This document shows positions 1-17,560 of a stretch of 64,000 bases of DNA, one piece after another (the stretch's first letter is position 1; each line of letters begins with the position of its first letter). The DNA is from the human T2T-CHM13v2.0 reference genome, Homo sapiens. The position numbers and the translations under genes were made by a program. The notes under the pieces are model-generated. The model was given only the letters and a program-made list of their open reading frames with translations, searched no databases and was not told the origin of the DNA. The stretch lies in NCBI RefSeq assembly GCF_009914755.1, contig NC_060926.1, one strand, 5' to 3'.

Positions 1-428
1 CTTAATTCTCTCCTACTCCATTTCCAGACCAACTTGGAGCCTTAGATCTTTCTGGTTGGATTCCAGACCCTGCAATGTGGGTTTGCAGTGATGTGGGGAC
101 AATCAGAGAACTAGAACCTGGTTGCCACATTTTTCTACTCTCCAGCCTTCTGTTTTAGATAGTCCTTCAGCCTCTGATCTTCTAGTAATTGGCTAGGTAA
201 CCTGGACTCTGTTCTTTCCTAGGTAAATAGAGTTGGGAGTGAATGATCCTCCAGGTCATTTCTGCCTGTATCTTATGGTCTCTGCCTGGCCTTTTATCTG
301 TCAAGGCAATAACATCTAATTGGAGGTGTAGGTTTACCTGATAACTCTGCCTTTTCCTCCGCCTTTGTCACTTATTTCTGTTCCTCCAAGAAATGCAGTG
401 AGCTGAAATGATTATCTCACTTTCTTGG

Positions 429-527
429 TGTATGTATGTGTGTATATGTGCATATACACATACATGCACACACATGCACACGTTTTATATATATATAAAA
501 CAAATTATATAAATATATATATATATG
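429..527. repeat. Compound (TG/CA/TA)n low-complexity tract
   Basis: Alternating purine-pyrimidine runs: gtgtatgtatgtgtg...acacatacatgcaca...tatatatata. Confidence 0.8.
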
Positions 528-1187
528 AAACAAATTGCTACTGGAATTTCTCTAGGATCACAATAATATTTAGTCATGTGTTTCTGAGAAAAAATTTAAT
601 TCCCTAAATAAAAATAGGTGGAATTTATCTCAGAAGTTTCCTCCTTTCTATCATTCAAAACTATGGAATAACACTGTTTATTACTTGTTAAAATCTTTAT
701 AGGAGACTGTGAAATTTGTATATTTTCTATATGGGATTCGTTGTGGTATGTTTTTTAAAAGCTTTCCATTTGTAAAAGTTTTGACCAATAAATGTGTTTT
801 TATGCCTGAGTGATAATGTATGAGTGTGGCTTTCAACCTGGATAGAATGTTTTTCATCTCCCACACTTTGGCGAGGCTGAATTAATTTAGACTTGAGGAT
901 GAATATCGGCGAGGAAACTGGTGTGAAACTGTGAGAATTGCAAATTGTCAGAGTGAGGAGTCAGTACTTTAAATTCTCTTGATGGAATATAAAATACAGC
1001 AGAAAGCGGGGGCGGGGTTAACTGACAACTGCAGGTGGACAGGAATGAAAGAAGAACTGGGGCTGGCAGGAGGAAACGAGTCCGCCAACTGCCGTGGTCT
1101 CATGTGCCTGGAGAAACAAAGAGGCTCCTCGGATTCAGAAATATTCAAAAACTAGTAGAAAAGATTGCAAATTACAAATCAAGTCAA

Positions 1188-1349
1188 TCACTGCTAATGG
1201 GCATGGGGTTTCTTTTGGGGTGATGAAAAATGTTCTAAAATTAATCATGGTCATGGTTGCACAATGCTGCGAATATACTACCCCCCTGAAATTCTCCTTT
1301 TTAAGTGGGTAAATTTGATGGTATGTGAATTATATCTCAATAAAGCTGT
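1188..1349 (+). mobile_element. Old L1M (L1MB/ME-like) 3' end fragment
   Basis: ctgctaatgggcatggggtttcttttggggtgatgaaaaatgttctaaaa...tgtgaattatatctcaataaagctgt matches the L1M 3' terminus. Confidence 0.8.
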
Positions 1350-1423
1350 GGTATAAAATCTAGTCAGTCAGACACTAGCCAAAACAATGGAAGAAGGTAA
1401 AAGTGAAATTCCTTTCTGGGTCA

Positions 1424-1960
<537 letters not shown>

Positions 1961-2029
1961 CTAAGTATGCATTATGTTAACATATAAAACAATAGTCAAC
2001 ATTTGCCAATCAATTATCTAAAAGGTGCC

Positions 2030-2220
2030 AGATACAGGGTTAAATATTTTATGTATGTTGTGATATTTAGCTCTTAAAATATCCCTAGGAGGTTGGTACT
2101 GTTTTTATCCTATAGACTGGGGCTCCAAGGGGTTAAAAACTGTGCTTGAAGCAACCCTGATGGCGAGTGGTGGGGCTTAGCACAGTAATGCTGGGTCCTC
2201 TGGCCAGACCCCATGCTCTA
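2030..2220 (-). mobile_element. MIR fragment
   Basis: Degenerate MIR core (ggtactgtttttatcc...gactggggctccaaggggttaa). Confidence 0.5.
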
Positions 2221-2315
2221 GATGTAGGACCCGAGAGCCTTGAGGGTATGTGATGCTTGCTGTGAGATTCTGGGTAAGTAACTGCATACCCTTTACCTAT
2301 CAAAGAAGAGGAAGA

Positions 2316-2682
<367 letters not shown>

Positions 2683-2870
2683 CTATTCTAAAGCCATTTC
2701 TGAACAGCCCTCTTTTCCAAAATCCAATGGACACAGCAGCCATCTTCAGCACTGAAGACAACACCTGGGGACTCTTTATGCAATGGCAAAATGGTATGTC
2801 CATCATTAAAGGGACAAAGCCAAAAAGCTTCATAAATGGACTAACATTTGTTGTCAAAGTTAAGCATTTA

Positions 2871-3233
<363 letters not shown>

Positions 3234-3692
3234 TTAGTAGCTATTACTATGGTGCATAGATCATTTGCTGAGGAAAGATTGCTTTTCAGAACTATATCTT
3301 TAAATTCATTTTCTTACATGTGCATACTAAGGGTGTGTGTTTCTAAGTACCTTGACACATGTTTCTTGTAAGATGATTGCTACATATTCCAAATTTAAGA
3401 AGAATCTTCACTGCCTTCTCTAGTTCTCCAACAACATCTTAAGAAATTCTAGATGTAAAGGAAATTTGATCTTTAATTTTACCTGGCATTGGCATTTTAT
3501 GGGCTGCTGAAATAAAGGAATGGTGTAATTTATCTTAGGTTGGTTGATGATATAAGAGCAGAATCATACAATTTGTAATTTTAAATGGACTTAATTTAAA
3601 AATAACATTGGATCTATGAATATAGAATTTTCATTCATCTCAAAGAATTGTAACAAGATTATAGAAGGGTTTATATATTATATATAGTGTTA

Positions 3693-4220
<528 letters not shown>

Positions 4221-4903
4221 TTAGTACATTATTACATGGAAGCACTGGGGATGTGACCTAGGGATGCTTTACAACATTTCTATGGAGAGTAACACATTTT
4301 GCTGTTTCAAACCAGGACAGAAGCACACCTGTGCCTTAAAGGCACTGAGAGCTCTGGAGGCAATGGGTAAACTTTCCAGCCAGGGAAGCCTTTGATGAGA
4401 CATCAACCCACATACCTTCCCTTTTCTGCCTCCTTCTGTTATTTTTTTCCTCTTCACATTGGCTTCTGCTTTGTCCATCATCCAGGATAAAGAAAAATAA
4501 AAGGAAGAGAAGTGGGGAAAGGGGAAAGTTGAATTGCAAGAAGCACTGAGAACTTGTTTTTTCTCAGAGGTAAAGTCAAGGACCAGGAAAGTAGGGAAGA
4601 GTTGAAAAGGAAGAGATGAAATGGTATTGAGGAGGAAGGACAGGAGACAAGCAGAGGAAGGTATCTAATCATTACACATTTCATATTAAACATTTTACAT
4701 TTTCTATTAAAGTTTCTCTCACACCCCATTGCATGGTGTGTTCTTGTCCTGGGGGATGTCCATTTCAGTCACAGATGGTAGGAACACATTCGGTACTGCC
4801 TGAATGAAATGTTATCTTGGAAATGGTATCCCTCTGAAGAAAGGTATAGCCTCTTCTTAGCCCTTTCCTGGCAGTCTGAAGGAGTGATTTCTGCTTTATA
4901 AGT

Positions 4904-7103
4904 TGTATTAGTCCATTCTCATGCTTCTAATAAAGACATATCCAAAGCTGGATAATTTATAAAGGAAAGAGGTTTAATTGACTCACAGTTGCACATGGCT
5001 GGGAAAGCCTCAGAATCATGGCAGAAGGCGAAGGGGAAGCAAGACATATCTTACATGGCAGCAGGCAAGAGAGCATGTGCAGGGGAACTCCCCTTTATAA
5101 AACCATTAGGTCTTGTGAGACTTATTCACTCTCATGAGAACAGCACAGGAAAGACCTGTCCCATGATTCAATTACCTCCCATTGGGTCCCTTCCAAGATG
5201 AGACTTGGGTGGGGACACAGCCAAGCCATATCATTCTGCCCCAGCCCCTCCCAAATCTCATGTCCTCACATTTCAAAACTAATCATGCCTTCCCAACAGT
5301 CCCCCAAAATGTTAACTCATTCCAGCATTAACTCAAAAATCCACAGTCCAAAGTCTCATCTGAGACAAGGCAAGACCCTTCTGCCTATGAGCCTGTAAAA
5401 TCAAAAGCAAGTTGGTTACTTCCCAGATACAATGGGATACAGCCATTGGGTAAATATACCCACTCCAAATGGGAGAAATTGGCCACAGCAAAGGGACTAC
5501 AGGCCCCATGAAAGTCCGAAATCCAGCGGGGCAGTTGGCTGGATCTTACAGCTCCGAAACTATCTCCTTTGACTCCATGTCTCACATGCAGGTCACACTG
5601 ATGTAAGAAGTGGGTTCCCATGGTCTTGGGAAGCTCTGGCTCTGTGGCTTTGCAGGGTATAGTCCCTGCTCCTGGCTGCTTTTAAGGGCTGGCATTGAGT
5701 GTCTGCGGCTTTTCCAGGCGCATGGTGCAAGCTGTTGGTGGATCTACCATTCTGGGGTCTGGAGGATGGTGGCCCTCTTCTCACAGTTCCACTAGGCAGT
5801 GCCCCAGTGAAGACTGTGAGTAGGGGCTCCCACCCCACATTTCCCTGTACTGCCCTAACATGAGGGCTCTATGCCTGCAGCAAATTTCTGCCTAGACATC
5901 CAAGCATTTCCCTACATCCTCTGAAATCTAGGTGGAGGTTCCTAAACCTGAATTCTTGACTTCTGTGTGTCCACAAGCCCAACACCATGTGGAAGCCACC
6001 AAGGCCTGGGGCTTGCACCCTCTGAAGCAATGACCTGAGCTGTAATTGGCCCCTTTTAGCCATGGCTGGGACACAGGGCACCAAGTTCCAAGACCGCACA
6101 AAGCAGCAAGGCCCTGGGCCTGGCCCATGAAACCATTTTTTTCCTCCTAGGCCTCCAGGCCTGTGATGGGAGGGGCTACCATGAAGACCTCTGACATGTC
6201 CTGGGGACGTTTTCCTCATTGTCTTGGTGATTAACATTTGGCTTCTCATTACTTATGCAAATGTCTGCAGCTGGCTTGAATTTCTCCTCAGAAAATGGGT
6301 TTTTCTTTTCTATCGCATTGTTAGGCTGCAAATTTTCTGAGCTTTTATGGCCTGCTTCCTCTTGAACACTTTGCTGCTTAGATTTCTTCCACCACATGCC
6401 CTAAATCATCTCTCTCAAGTTCAAAGTTCTACACACCTCTAGGGCAGAGGCAAAATGCGGCCAGTCTCTTTGCATAGCAAGAGTGACATTTACTCCAGTT
6501 CCCAAGTTCCTCATCTTTATCTGAGACCACCTCAGCCTGAACTTTATTGTCCATATCACTATCAGCATTTTGGTCAAAGCCATTCAACAAGTCTCTAGGA
6601 AGTTCCAAATTTTCCCACATTTTCCTATCTTCTTCTGAGCCCTCCAAATTGTTCCAACCCCTGCCTGTTACCCAATTCCAAAATCACTTCCACATTTTCA
6701 GGTATCTTTATAGCAGTGCCCCATTACACAGTACCAATTTACTGTATTAGTCCATTTTCATACTGCTATGAAGAAATATCCAAGACTGGGTAATTTATAA
6801 AGAAAAATAGGTTTAATGGACTCAAAGTTTCACATGGCTGGAGAGGCCTCACAATCATGACAGAAGTCAAAGGAAGAGCAAAGTCACAGCTTACATGGCG
6901 GCAGGCAAGAGAGCGTGTGCAGGGGAACTGCCCTTTATAAAACCATCAGATCTCATGAGACTTACTCATTATCATGAACAGCATGGGAAAAACCTGCCCC
7001 ATGATTCAATTACTTCCCACCAGGTCCTTCTCACAACACATGGGAATTATGGGAGCTACAATTCAAGATGAGATTTGGGTAGGGACACAGCCAAACCATA
7101 TCA
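4904..7103 (-). mobile_element. Full-length THE1 (ERVL-MaLR) element: LTR 4904-5233, internal 5234-6742, LTR 6743-7103
   Basis: Both LTRs begin tgtattagtcc and end ccatatca (reverse complement of THE1 termini); ~1.5 kb THE1-int between them; flanking 5-mers taagt/gaagt (4/5 TSD). Confidence 0.93.
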
Positions 7104-8005
7104 GAAGTTCAAACTCTCCTAGCCTCATCAGACTACTATCATAAAGATTTTTAGTATTTACCTGATTACTGTTATGAGTCCACTACCTCTTACCTAGACA
7201 ACTAGACAGATGAAAATGTTAGCTGAAATTATGAGAGACTTTTAAAGTCCATTTCCTCCCCCTCAAATACTATGGTAAGTTGACGGGTGATATTATAGCA
7301 ATGAGTCCAAAGATCAAATAGTCAAGTGAAAACAGAATAGTAAAATTGTTTTGTTCAGATCTGCATAGGCAAGGTGATCTTTAGAGCTATATATTTCCAC
7401 TGTTATTTTTGAGAGTTCTATAAAACAAACCATCAGGATGACTTGACTGCAGTCACAGAGTTTAGATTTTTAGATGACAAAGCTTATGCAAAGCAGTGTG
7501 CCCAAATGGTTATTTGTGGCCAGAGAAAACACTCTTCATAAGGAACCATTGATAGTGAACCTTTCAATCTCACTGAAGCCCTTACCACATCCTTTTGGCC
7601 TGCCTTTATTGCAGAGGTTATTTCCCTTTCCACATCTTGATAGACTTAGAAACTGCCCCAGGGCCACCATTATTTCAAAGGAGCAATTTCTCTTCCATCT
7701 TGCCTGTGATTTCTCTTTGCTCTGGGCTCTAGATTTTGAAAACATGTGGATGCAGTGACTTCAGTCTGATACCCTATCTGGGGTATGTAATGTGTTTTCT
7801 GCTAATTCCCTCAGTTCCATCAGGGATATTTCTTTGCCAGAATTATTTGGCAAGAATCTGCTGAAGAATTACTTTCAGCTTTATTTGTGGTTACTAGATT
7901 AAATTGGAATTTCCTGCATCTCTCTGTGATTCAAAGATTCTATGGAGGGGCTAAGGCCCAGGCTGTAAGGCGTGTTTGTGCCAGTAAACAAAGAAGTCCA
8001 GGCTG

Positions 8006-8618
<613 letters not shown>

Positions 8619-8626
8619 ATTAAGAT

Positions 8627-8925
<299 letters not shown>

Positions 8926-9274
8926 ATAAGCCTGGATGCAGCACAGGGTCAGATGCTCAGGGCCCAGGGCTTCAATGCGTCCTCCAGTGTGTGATGGACA
9001 ATTGTGATCAAGCACTGATTCAGTGAAAAGAGCCAAGGCATGGACGTGTGTGCCGCCCTCTCGGGGCTCACACTTAGAGAAGCATCTCATAGGAGAGAGA
9101 GTGAAGCCAGTGTCATAAGAGCAGTGCCAACCCAGTGCTTTGGGCATGTGGAGAGATTCATTCTGGCTGAGGAATCTGGAAGGGAGTTATGGGGGGAATG
9201 GAATTGACCTGGGCGTGCAAGGATGAAGAAGACTTAGGTGGGCACTAAGGGACAGCTCATGTGAAGGATTCAGA

Positions 9275-9882
9275 TGGGCTGTCCAACTTGTCGCTGTTTG
9301 CCTGAGACTTTCTTGGTTTTAGCAGTGAAAGCTCCTGTCCTAGTGATGTAGGCACACCCCAAAATTGGGGCTTAGCCCAGGAGGGTTCTCAGTTTTGTAC
9401 AGGAAAGAATTTGAGAGCAAGACAACAGAGTAAAATGGCTGCTCCAGAGACAGAGCTGGGCTACCCATAGGCAGAGTGTCCCTTGTGGATTGCTGACTAG
9501 CTACATTTACAGCTACTCCTTAATTATACACTAAAGAAGGGGTGTGATATTCATGAATTTTCCAAAAAAGGGGTGTGGAGTTCCTGGAACCAAGGGTTCT
9601 TCCAACCATATAAGGTAACTTCTGGGCATTGCCATGGCATTTGGAAACTGTCATGGCTCTGGTAGGAGTGTCTTTTAGCATGCTAATGAATTGTAATTGT
9701 GTATAATGAGCAGTAAGATCAACTAGAGGTGCTTTTCTTTGCCATCTTGATTTTAGCTGGTTTTGGCTTGTTTCTTTACTGCATCCTGTTTTGATCAGTG
9801 AGATCCTGACTGATGCACAGAAAACAAGTCCTACTTCTCCCCTACCTCAGTCCCAGGGAAAGTAGGATGGTTGGTCATTCTA
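9275..9882. mobile_element. MER81-like hAT MITE split into 9275-9343 and 9850-9882 by an LTR
   Basis: ggctgtccaacttgtc...gtttgcctgagacttt...ttttagcagtgaaag and gtcccagggaaagtaggatggttggtcattcta resemble the two halves of the recalled MER81 consensus. Confidence 0.6.
9344..9849 (-). mobile_element. ERV1-class solo LTR (MER50/MER61/MER83-like)
   Basis: TG...CA termini; accatataaggtaacttctgggcattgccatggcatttggaaactgtcatgg block typical of this LTR group. Confidence 0.75.
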
Positions 9883-9960
9883 GGCAAAAATACTGTACGA
9901 CCCTGGTATCCAGTGCCCAGCTAGCAGCTCTCTCTACCTTTGGCAGGGATGGTAGGGGGT

Positions 9961-10228
9961 GTTTTGTTTTTGTTTTTTTTGACAGGGTTTCACTCTGTCA
10001 CCCAGGCTGGAGGGCAGTGGTGCCATCATGGCTCACTACAACCTCTGCTTCCTGGGCCCAGGTGATCCTCCCACCTCAACCTCCCAAGTAGTTGGGATTA
10101 CAGGCATGCAAACTATGCCTGGCTAATTTTTGTATTTTTAGTAGAGATGGAGTTTTGAGCTCAAGTGATCCACCTGCCACGAGCTCTCAAAGTGCTGGGA
10201 TTACAGGTGTGAGCCACTGTGCCTGGCC
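9961..10228 (-). mobile_element. Alu (J-like, internal deletion)
   Basis: Antisense Alu missing ~30 bp of the left arm. Confidence 0.9.
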
Positions 10229-10727
10229 AGGAAGCATTTTTTTTTTTTTTTGACACTCCAGAGGGCAGCTTTTAAACTAATTTTTGGAAAGCAACTAATT
10301 CCAACTTAGCTGTATAGCCTATGATACCTCGAAATTTCCCATTTACTGGGAATATAGTGTGAATAATGGCTTAAGGCTCTAGAAGTTCTCCATATGTTTG
10401 GGTGGGATTTTGTTCTGCGTGTCCCTTAATGCACTGTCTTGTCTGAGTGGCCACAAAACTTGACTATTCCATAAAAGTCTGAGTCCCACAGAGAGAGTTT
10501 TTCTGTGATTGTGACCATCTTTTCTGTGCTTCAGTTTCTCTTTCTGCAGGAAGAAAACTTTTCCTATAATGGATTTCTAACATATTTTTAATGAAGACGT
10601 GCCTAGACTCTGTGGCTTTGGAAACTCAAGATATAATTAAAGGTATGAAATGTAAGGAAATGCCCTAATCTTTATACAGCATTTACTCTAAGTTTTTACT
10701 GTATTTTGTTCATCCTTTTACTTGTTA

Positions 10728-11072
<345 letters not shown>

Positions 11073-11229
11073 TTATTGATGTCTTGTTCCCGAAAAGACC
11101 ATGGATGGAATGGCCCTGCTAGAGATTTCATGATCTAAATTGCTATTACAAAATTTAACAATCAAGTCCTATTAAGTATTCACTTGCAATAATAAAATTA
11201 TCTCTCCTCTACAAAAGATTCACTGAGTA

Positions 11230-11998
<769 letters not shown>

Positions 11999-12456
11999 GA
12001 TTCACTGAGTAGTGGGAATTAGCAATGATTGATATGTTTACATCTTTGCCACAGTTAATGAGCACATTTTATCTTGAAACACAGCTTTTTAAACTTGTGT
12101 TTATGTCCCTCCTACTCCAAGTACCCTGGCAGATTTAATTTGGGCTGAGATTGAACTCCCCTCAGTTAGAATCTGTGGTTACTAACCACAATTAAATTCC
12201 TAAAGAAATGGAGATTCCCACTAGAAGTATCTGTCTAAATTATTCTCTCCCCAGTGACCATTGTCGAGACTAGGTTTAGACAAACTAAACATGGCTTCAA
12301 ATCAACTCCAGCTCTAGAGACAAGAAACACTGGATCTTTGACCAACATACCCAGGAATATCCTGGATAGGAGTGCTGTCAGCCTCATGCTTGTTTCATTA
12401 TGGTGGCAAAATTGTCACCACAGTTCCAGATATCACATCTAGGTTAAAGTTTCCTA

Positions 12457-12792
12457 CTTTATTTATTTATTTTTGAGACAGGGTCTCATTCTGTCACGTA
12501 GGCTGGAGTGCACTGGTCAATCATGGCTCATCGCATCCTCGACCTCCCAGGCTCAGGCAATCCTCCCACCTCAGCCTCCTGAGTGGCTGGGACTACAGGC
12601 ATGCACCATCACACCTGGCTAATTTTAAAAAAAAATTATTTTTATTTTTATTTATTTATTATTTTATTTATTTTTTGAGACAGGGTTTCACTACTTTGCC
12701 CAGGCCGATCTCAAACTCCTGGACTCAAGTGATCTACCCTCCTTAGCCTCTCTAAGTGCTGGGATTACAGTCTTGAGCCACCACACCTGGCC
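12457..12792 (-). mobile_element. AluJ
   Basis: Antisense Alu with expanded middle tract; TSD gtt(t)cctacttt. Confidence 0.92.
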
Positions 12793-12939
12793 GTTTTCTA
12801 CTTTATTTAGGAAACACTCTTCTTTCCCAAAATCCCTCTTGCAGACTTTCCTTGACATCTCATTGTCAGAACTGGGTCACATGGGTCACTCCCAGGTACA
12901 AATAGGGCTGAGAAAGTATCTGACTTTCTATTCTGTATT

Positions 12940-13256
12940 GTAGGAGTCAACAAACTGTAACTACCAAGATAATAGATAACTTTGGCATTGCAGGCCTTTT
13001 GGTCTCTGTTACAACTAATCTCTGACATTATGGTGCAAAAGCAGCCATGGATAACATATAAATGAACAAATGTGACTGTATTCCAATAAAATTTCATTTA
13101 GGGATGCTGAATTTTGAATTTCATATGATTTTCATAAAATATTCTTCTTCTTTTGATCTCTCTTCAACCATTTAAAAATATGAAAACCATTCTTAGGTCA
13201 CAGCTATACAAAAGTTAGCAGCCTACTGGATTTGGGCCATGGTGTGCCAGCCCTGA
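12940..13256. mobile_element. MER58B-like hAT-Charlie element
   Basis: aggagtcaacaaact...aaaagcagccatggataac...gtattccaataaaa...aaaaccattcttag...tgccagccctg. Confidence 0.8.
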
Positions 13257-13701
13257 CCCCATGTGTGAGAGGAGTGTAGGAATGGCTTTGGGAGGTCCAT
13301 CCACAGTACTGCCGCATACAGCCTCTGTGCCTTGAATGTGGGATACTGGAAAGTGATGACAAGCTCAATCTATCAGACCCACTTTAATTTTCCTGAGAGC
13401 CACAAGAAAAGCCTGCTTCTAAATTATATTCTTTATCATGAGCAAATTAAAGTTTACCAAATACCTTTAACACTGAAAATCTGTATTCCTGGGCCAAGAG
13501 GCCTAATGTATTTTACATATTTTGTTTTAAGTTGTCTTATAGTGCTTGCAAAACGGTCAGATCTGACCTGAGAAAACTCTAGAATACAGTCTAGTACTGT
13601 AACCAGAAAATTGGCACTGTAACATAGACATTTGCATAATTGTTCAAAGGTCTGTTTGCATAAGCTTTATGAAAATTCAGAGATGAAAATACCCTAGATA
13701 T

Positions 13702-13995
13702 ATTTATTCAGAGACAGGGTCCCACAGTGTTGCCCAGGCTGGAGTACAGTGGCATGATCATAGCTCACTGAAACCTTGAACCCCTGGGCTCGAGAAATCC
13801 TCCTGCTTCAGCCTCTGGAGTAGGTGAGGCTACAGACACATACCACCACACCTGCCTACTTTTTAAAAATTTTTGTAGAGACAGGGTCTGGCTATGTGGC
13901 TCAAGCTGGTCTCAAACTCCTGGCCTCGAGCAATCTTCCCTTCTTGGCTTCCCTAAGGACTGGGATTACAGGTGTGAATCACCACACCTGGGCCT
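13702..13995 (-). mobile_element. AluJ
   Basis: Diverged antisense Alu. Confidence 0.92.
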
Positions 13996-14357
13996 AAATA
14001 CTATTTAAAACAGGTGAGTGATATATTAGATATGTTGATCTATGATTATTCTTTTTGAAAATATCTTTAAAATGTTACCTGTTCATTTACTTAGAAACGT
14101 GTTGTTTTTGAACTTGACAGTTAATTTTATAATTATAATGTGTGTATGTATAGATGTATAAGTATATATAAACCTATATTATATATAAGCTATATATGCA
14201 TATATAATTATAATAAAATAATATAACATTATAAATATACTAATATGTATATATGCTTAATAGTCAGGACACTCTCCTCCCTAAAAAAAAAATTGAGTTA
14301 CATGCTGAAAAGTCTAGGGATTTAGGCACAGATCCAGATACTCAAATGCTATCATCA

Positions 14358-14763
<406 letters not shown>

Positions 14764-15020
14764 CTACCAGCAGCTGCAGGCACACATCCCACCGGGTCAG
14801 CATTCTCTGGGGAAGAATAGCTTTTATTTTCCCTAGGACTGGGTCTCATTAAACTGACTTATCCATCTATGAACCATCAATACGGTCAAGAGGTTGGAAT
14901 ATGCTGATTGCCCTGGTCTATGTTGTGCAGTTCAGTGTGCTCTCAAGAGCTAGGGGTACGATGCAGATGGCTGGTTTGTCTGAACCATGTAGACTGAGTA
15001 TAGAAAATAAGGGGTTCCCC

Positions 15021-15390
<370 letters not shown>

Positions 15391-15519
15391 CTACAATAAC
15401 ATTTACATTTGACTTTTAGCAAAGGAGTCAGGAAGAGAATATGGAAACGGAGAGAAAATGAATGGGGAGGGAGAAAAACATGGGAATGTAAAGAACACAT
15501 GTTTCAGTAAATTGGACAA

Positions 15520-15710
15520 GGTCAGTGCTTCATAATCTTGGCAATGTATCAGAAAAATCTAGGTAGTTAAAAAAAGAAAGGATTTCTGCACTGTATCCCA
15601 GACTGAGTGAATCAACATCTCTGAGAGTGGCATCTGGGATTGGTAAATATTTTAATCGCCCCAGGCAATCGAAATGCAGCTTATCCATAGACTCACTTTG
15701 GGAGCCATTG
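15520..15710. mobile_element. MER5-like hAT element
   Basis: cagtgcttcataatcttggc...cccagactgagtgaatcaacatctctg...tttgggagccattg. Confidence 0.6.
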
Positions 15711-15729
15711 AACAGGGTTGCATGAAAGC

Positions 15730-16105
15730 ACAGGCTCAGCTGCAAAACAACCTCAAATTACAGAGGCCTGACCAAGAAGCTGATTTCTTTCTTACCTAAT
15801 AGTCTGGAGGCGAATGGTCCAGGATGGTGGGTGGCTCTGCTTCACGTGTTCATTTAGAGACCCAAGTCCTTTCCATCCTGCTGTTCACCAGCCCCTAGGG
15901 TGTTGTCTTTGTTGAGCTGAAGCTGGCTGCTACCACATCCACATTGCAGCCCACAGGGAAAACGGAAGGAAAGCACCAGAGAAGCACTGAGTTGTATGTT
16001 AAGGCCAAGGCTCAGAAGTGGCACACACCACTTCCACTTTCATTATATTGGCCTAAACTTAGCCACATGGCAGCAAGCTGCAAGAAATCTGGAAAGTGTA
16101 GTCTT
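15730..16105 (-). mobile_element. Old MLT1 (J/K-like) MaLR LTR
   Basis: cagctgc...aacctcaaattacagaggc...agacccaagtcctttccatc...cagaagtggcacacaccacttccacttt. Confidence 0.55.
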
Positions 16106-16147
16106 TCTTTAACCTAAGACATAAAAATTTTTGCCTTGACTCTCTAA

Positions 16148-16149
<2 letters not shown>

Positions 16150-16194
<45 letters not shown>
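16150..16194. repeat. (CA)~22 microsatellite
   Basis: Uninterrupted CA run. Confidence 0.95.
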
Positions 16195-16197
<3 letters not shown>

Positions 16198-16239
16198 GTA
16201 GGTGGGCATATGCTGAGCTAAAATTAGACACCTAAAGTT

Positions 16240-17560
16240 AAACATTCATTACTTTCAGTTAAACATCATAAATTGAGTGCCTGCACTAATATTTATTCCT
16301 TCCCGAAACTCCGTAAATAAAGGAATAAAAATGGTCAAAAGTAAGAAAGTCCCAAAGAGAACAGGAGATGAGTAAGAGGAGAAAGTGATGTCAACACTAT
16401 TTTGCAAAATGGAAAACAGAAGGACAAGTGGAAACTGACCTGGCAGAGCAGAACAGGCAGAAACTTAATGCCAGAGAGAATTGAAGGGGAAAGTCCGGTA
16501 AGGAGTAAGCTGATTCCCACTGCAGAACCTGGGAGAAGCTGAGCTATGGAAGGCACCACCTAACTGAAGGTTGAGGGTGGAGGGAAAATCCAGAGAGAGG
16601 AATGGGAAGTCCCTTGAAGTAGCAGTCAGGCTCTCAGATTTCCTGCCCTAGTTCCTGGAGCATAGTCACCCTCTACCTGGATAGGCACCGGAGCTTTGCT
16701 CTTGGAAATTTTAGGGAACCTCTGAGCTCTGGGACACCAGGCTCAACCAAGGGGATGGGGGTGGTGAAGTGCCCTTAAAGCAGATTCAGTGGAACTTCCT
16801 ATTAGATGGTAAATTCCTTAGTCCCCTTCCCACACTAGGTTCCCATGATCCTAGGCAGCCACTTTTATATTCCTCCAATGGGAGACTGGTGAGTTCCTCT
16901 CTGGGGAAACTGACCAACAGAAGAGGGAAGACCTGCCAGGTTCCAATTTCTGTAGGTCCCCATCTGCCACACCATAGTGAAGCCCACCAACAGTCTTTTC
17001 ACACAGAGCTGCCACTCAGCTTTTAGTGACAGTAATGGACATCCAGGAATCACCAGACATTTCAAGAAAGGCTTCAACAGGAGAGAATATACCAAACAAG
17101 GAACATGGGAGAGATGAAGATAGCAGGAGAAAACTTCAGAAAATGGTCATTGATATTTTTGGAAAGATAAAATTTTACAACAGTAAAACAAGAACAGAAT
17201 GTAATGTAAAAAGGAACATTTATTAAAAAAAGAAAGTGACATAACTACATGGAGATGATGGGTGGAGGAGAAAAATAGGTGCAAGAATGCGAGGGAGTCA
17301 AATCCTCCTGTTGCATGGGAGAGTGCTAACAGATGAGGTCTAAAATTAAAAAGTGAAGAAGCAGCAGTTTAAGCATGCAATGTAGACATATAGAAAAAGC
17401 AAAAGGAGTTGAAAATTACTGACGCTGGAAGCAGGATTGGAAGGTGAGGCAGAAGACTGCTGGTTTTCATTATAAGCTAGGACTGTTTGATTGATTAATC
17501 CATGCCCATGATGATGTTAAAATATATTTTAATATTTTTATTGGTTTTAATATTGACATT
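16240..17560 (+). mobile_element. Highly diverged HAL1/L1M-like relic
   Basis: A-rich strand with ccaggaatcaccagacatttcaagaaagg and a 3' ctgctggttttcattataagc motif; family call tentative. Confidence 0.4.

Noticed and set aside
900-1100. GC-box gggggcgggg and a few CpGs as a possible promoter
   Set aside because: No CpG island or downstream exon evidence; a single short motif is insufficient.
5198-6750. Cluster of ORFs in THE1-int
   Set aside because: Fragmented remnants of the MaLR internal region with no intact long ORF.
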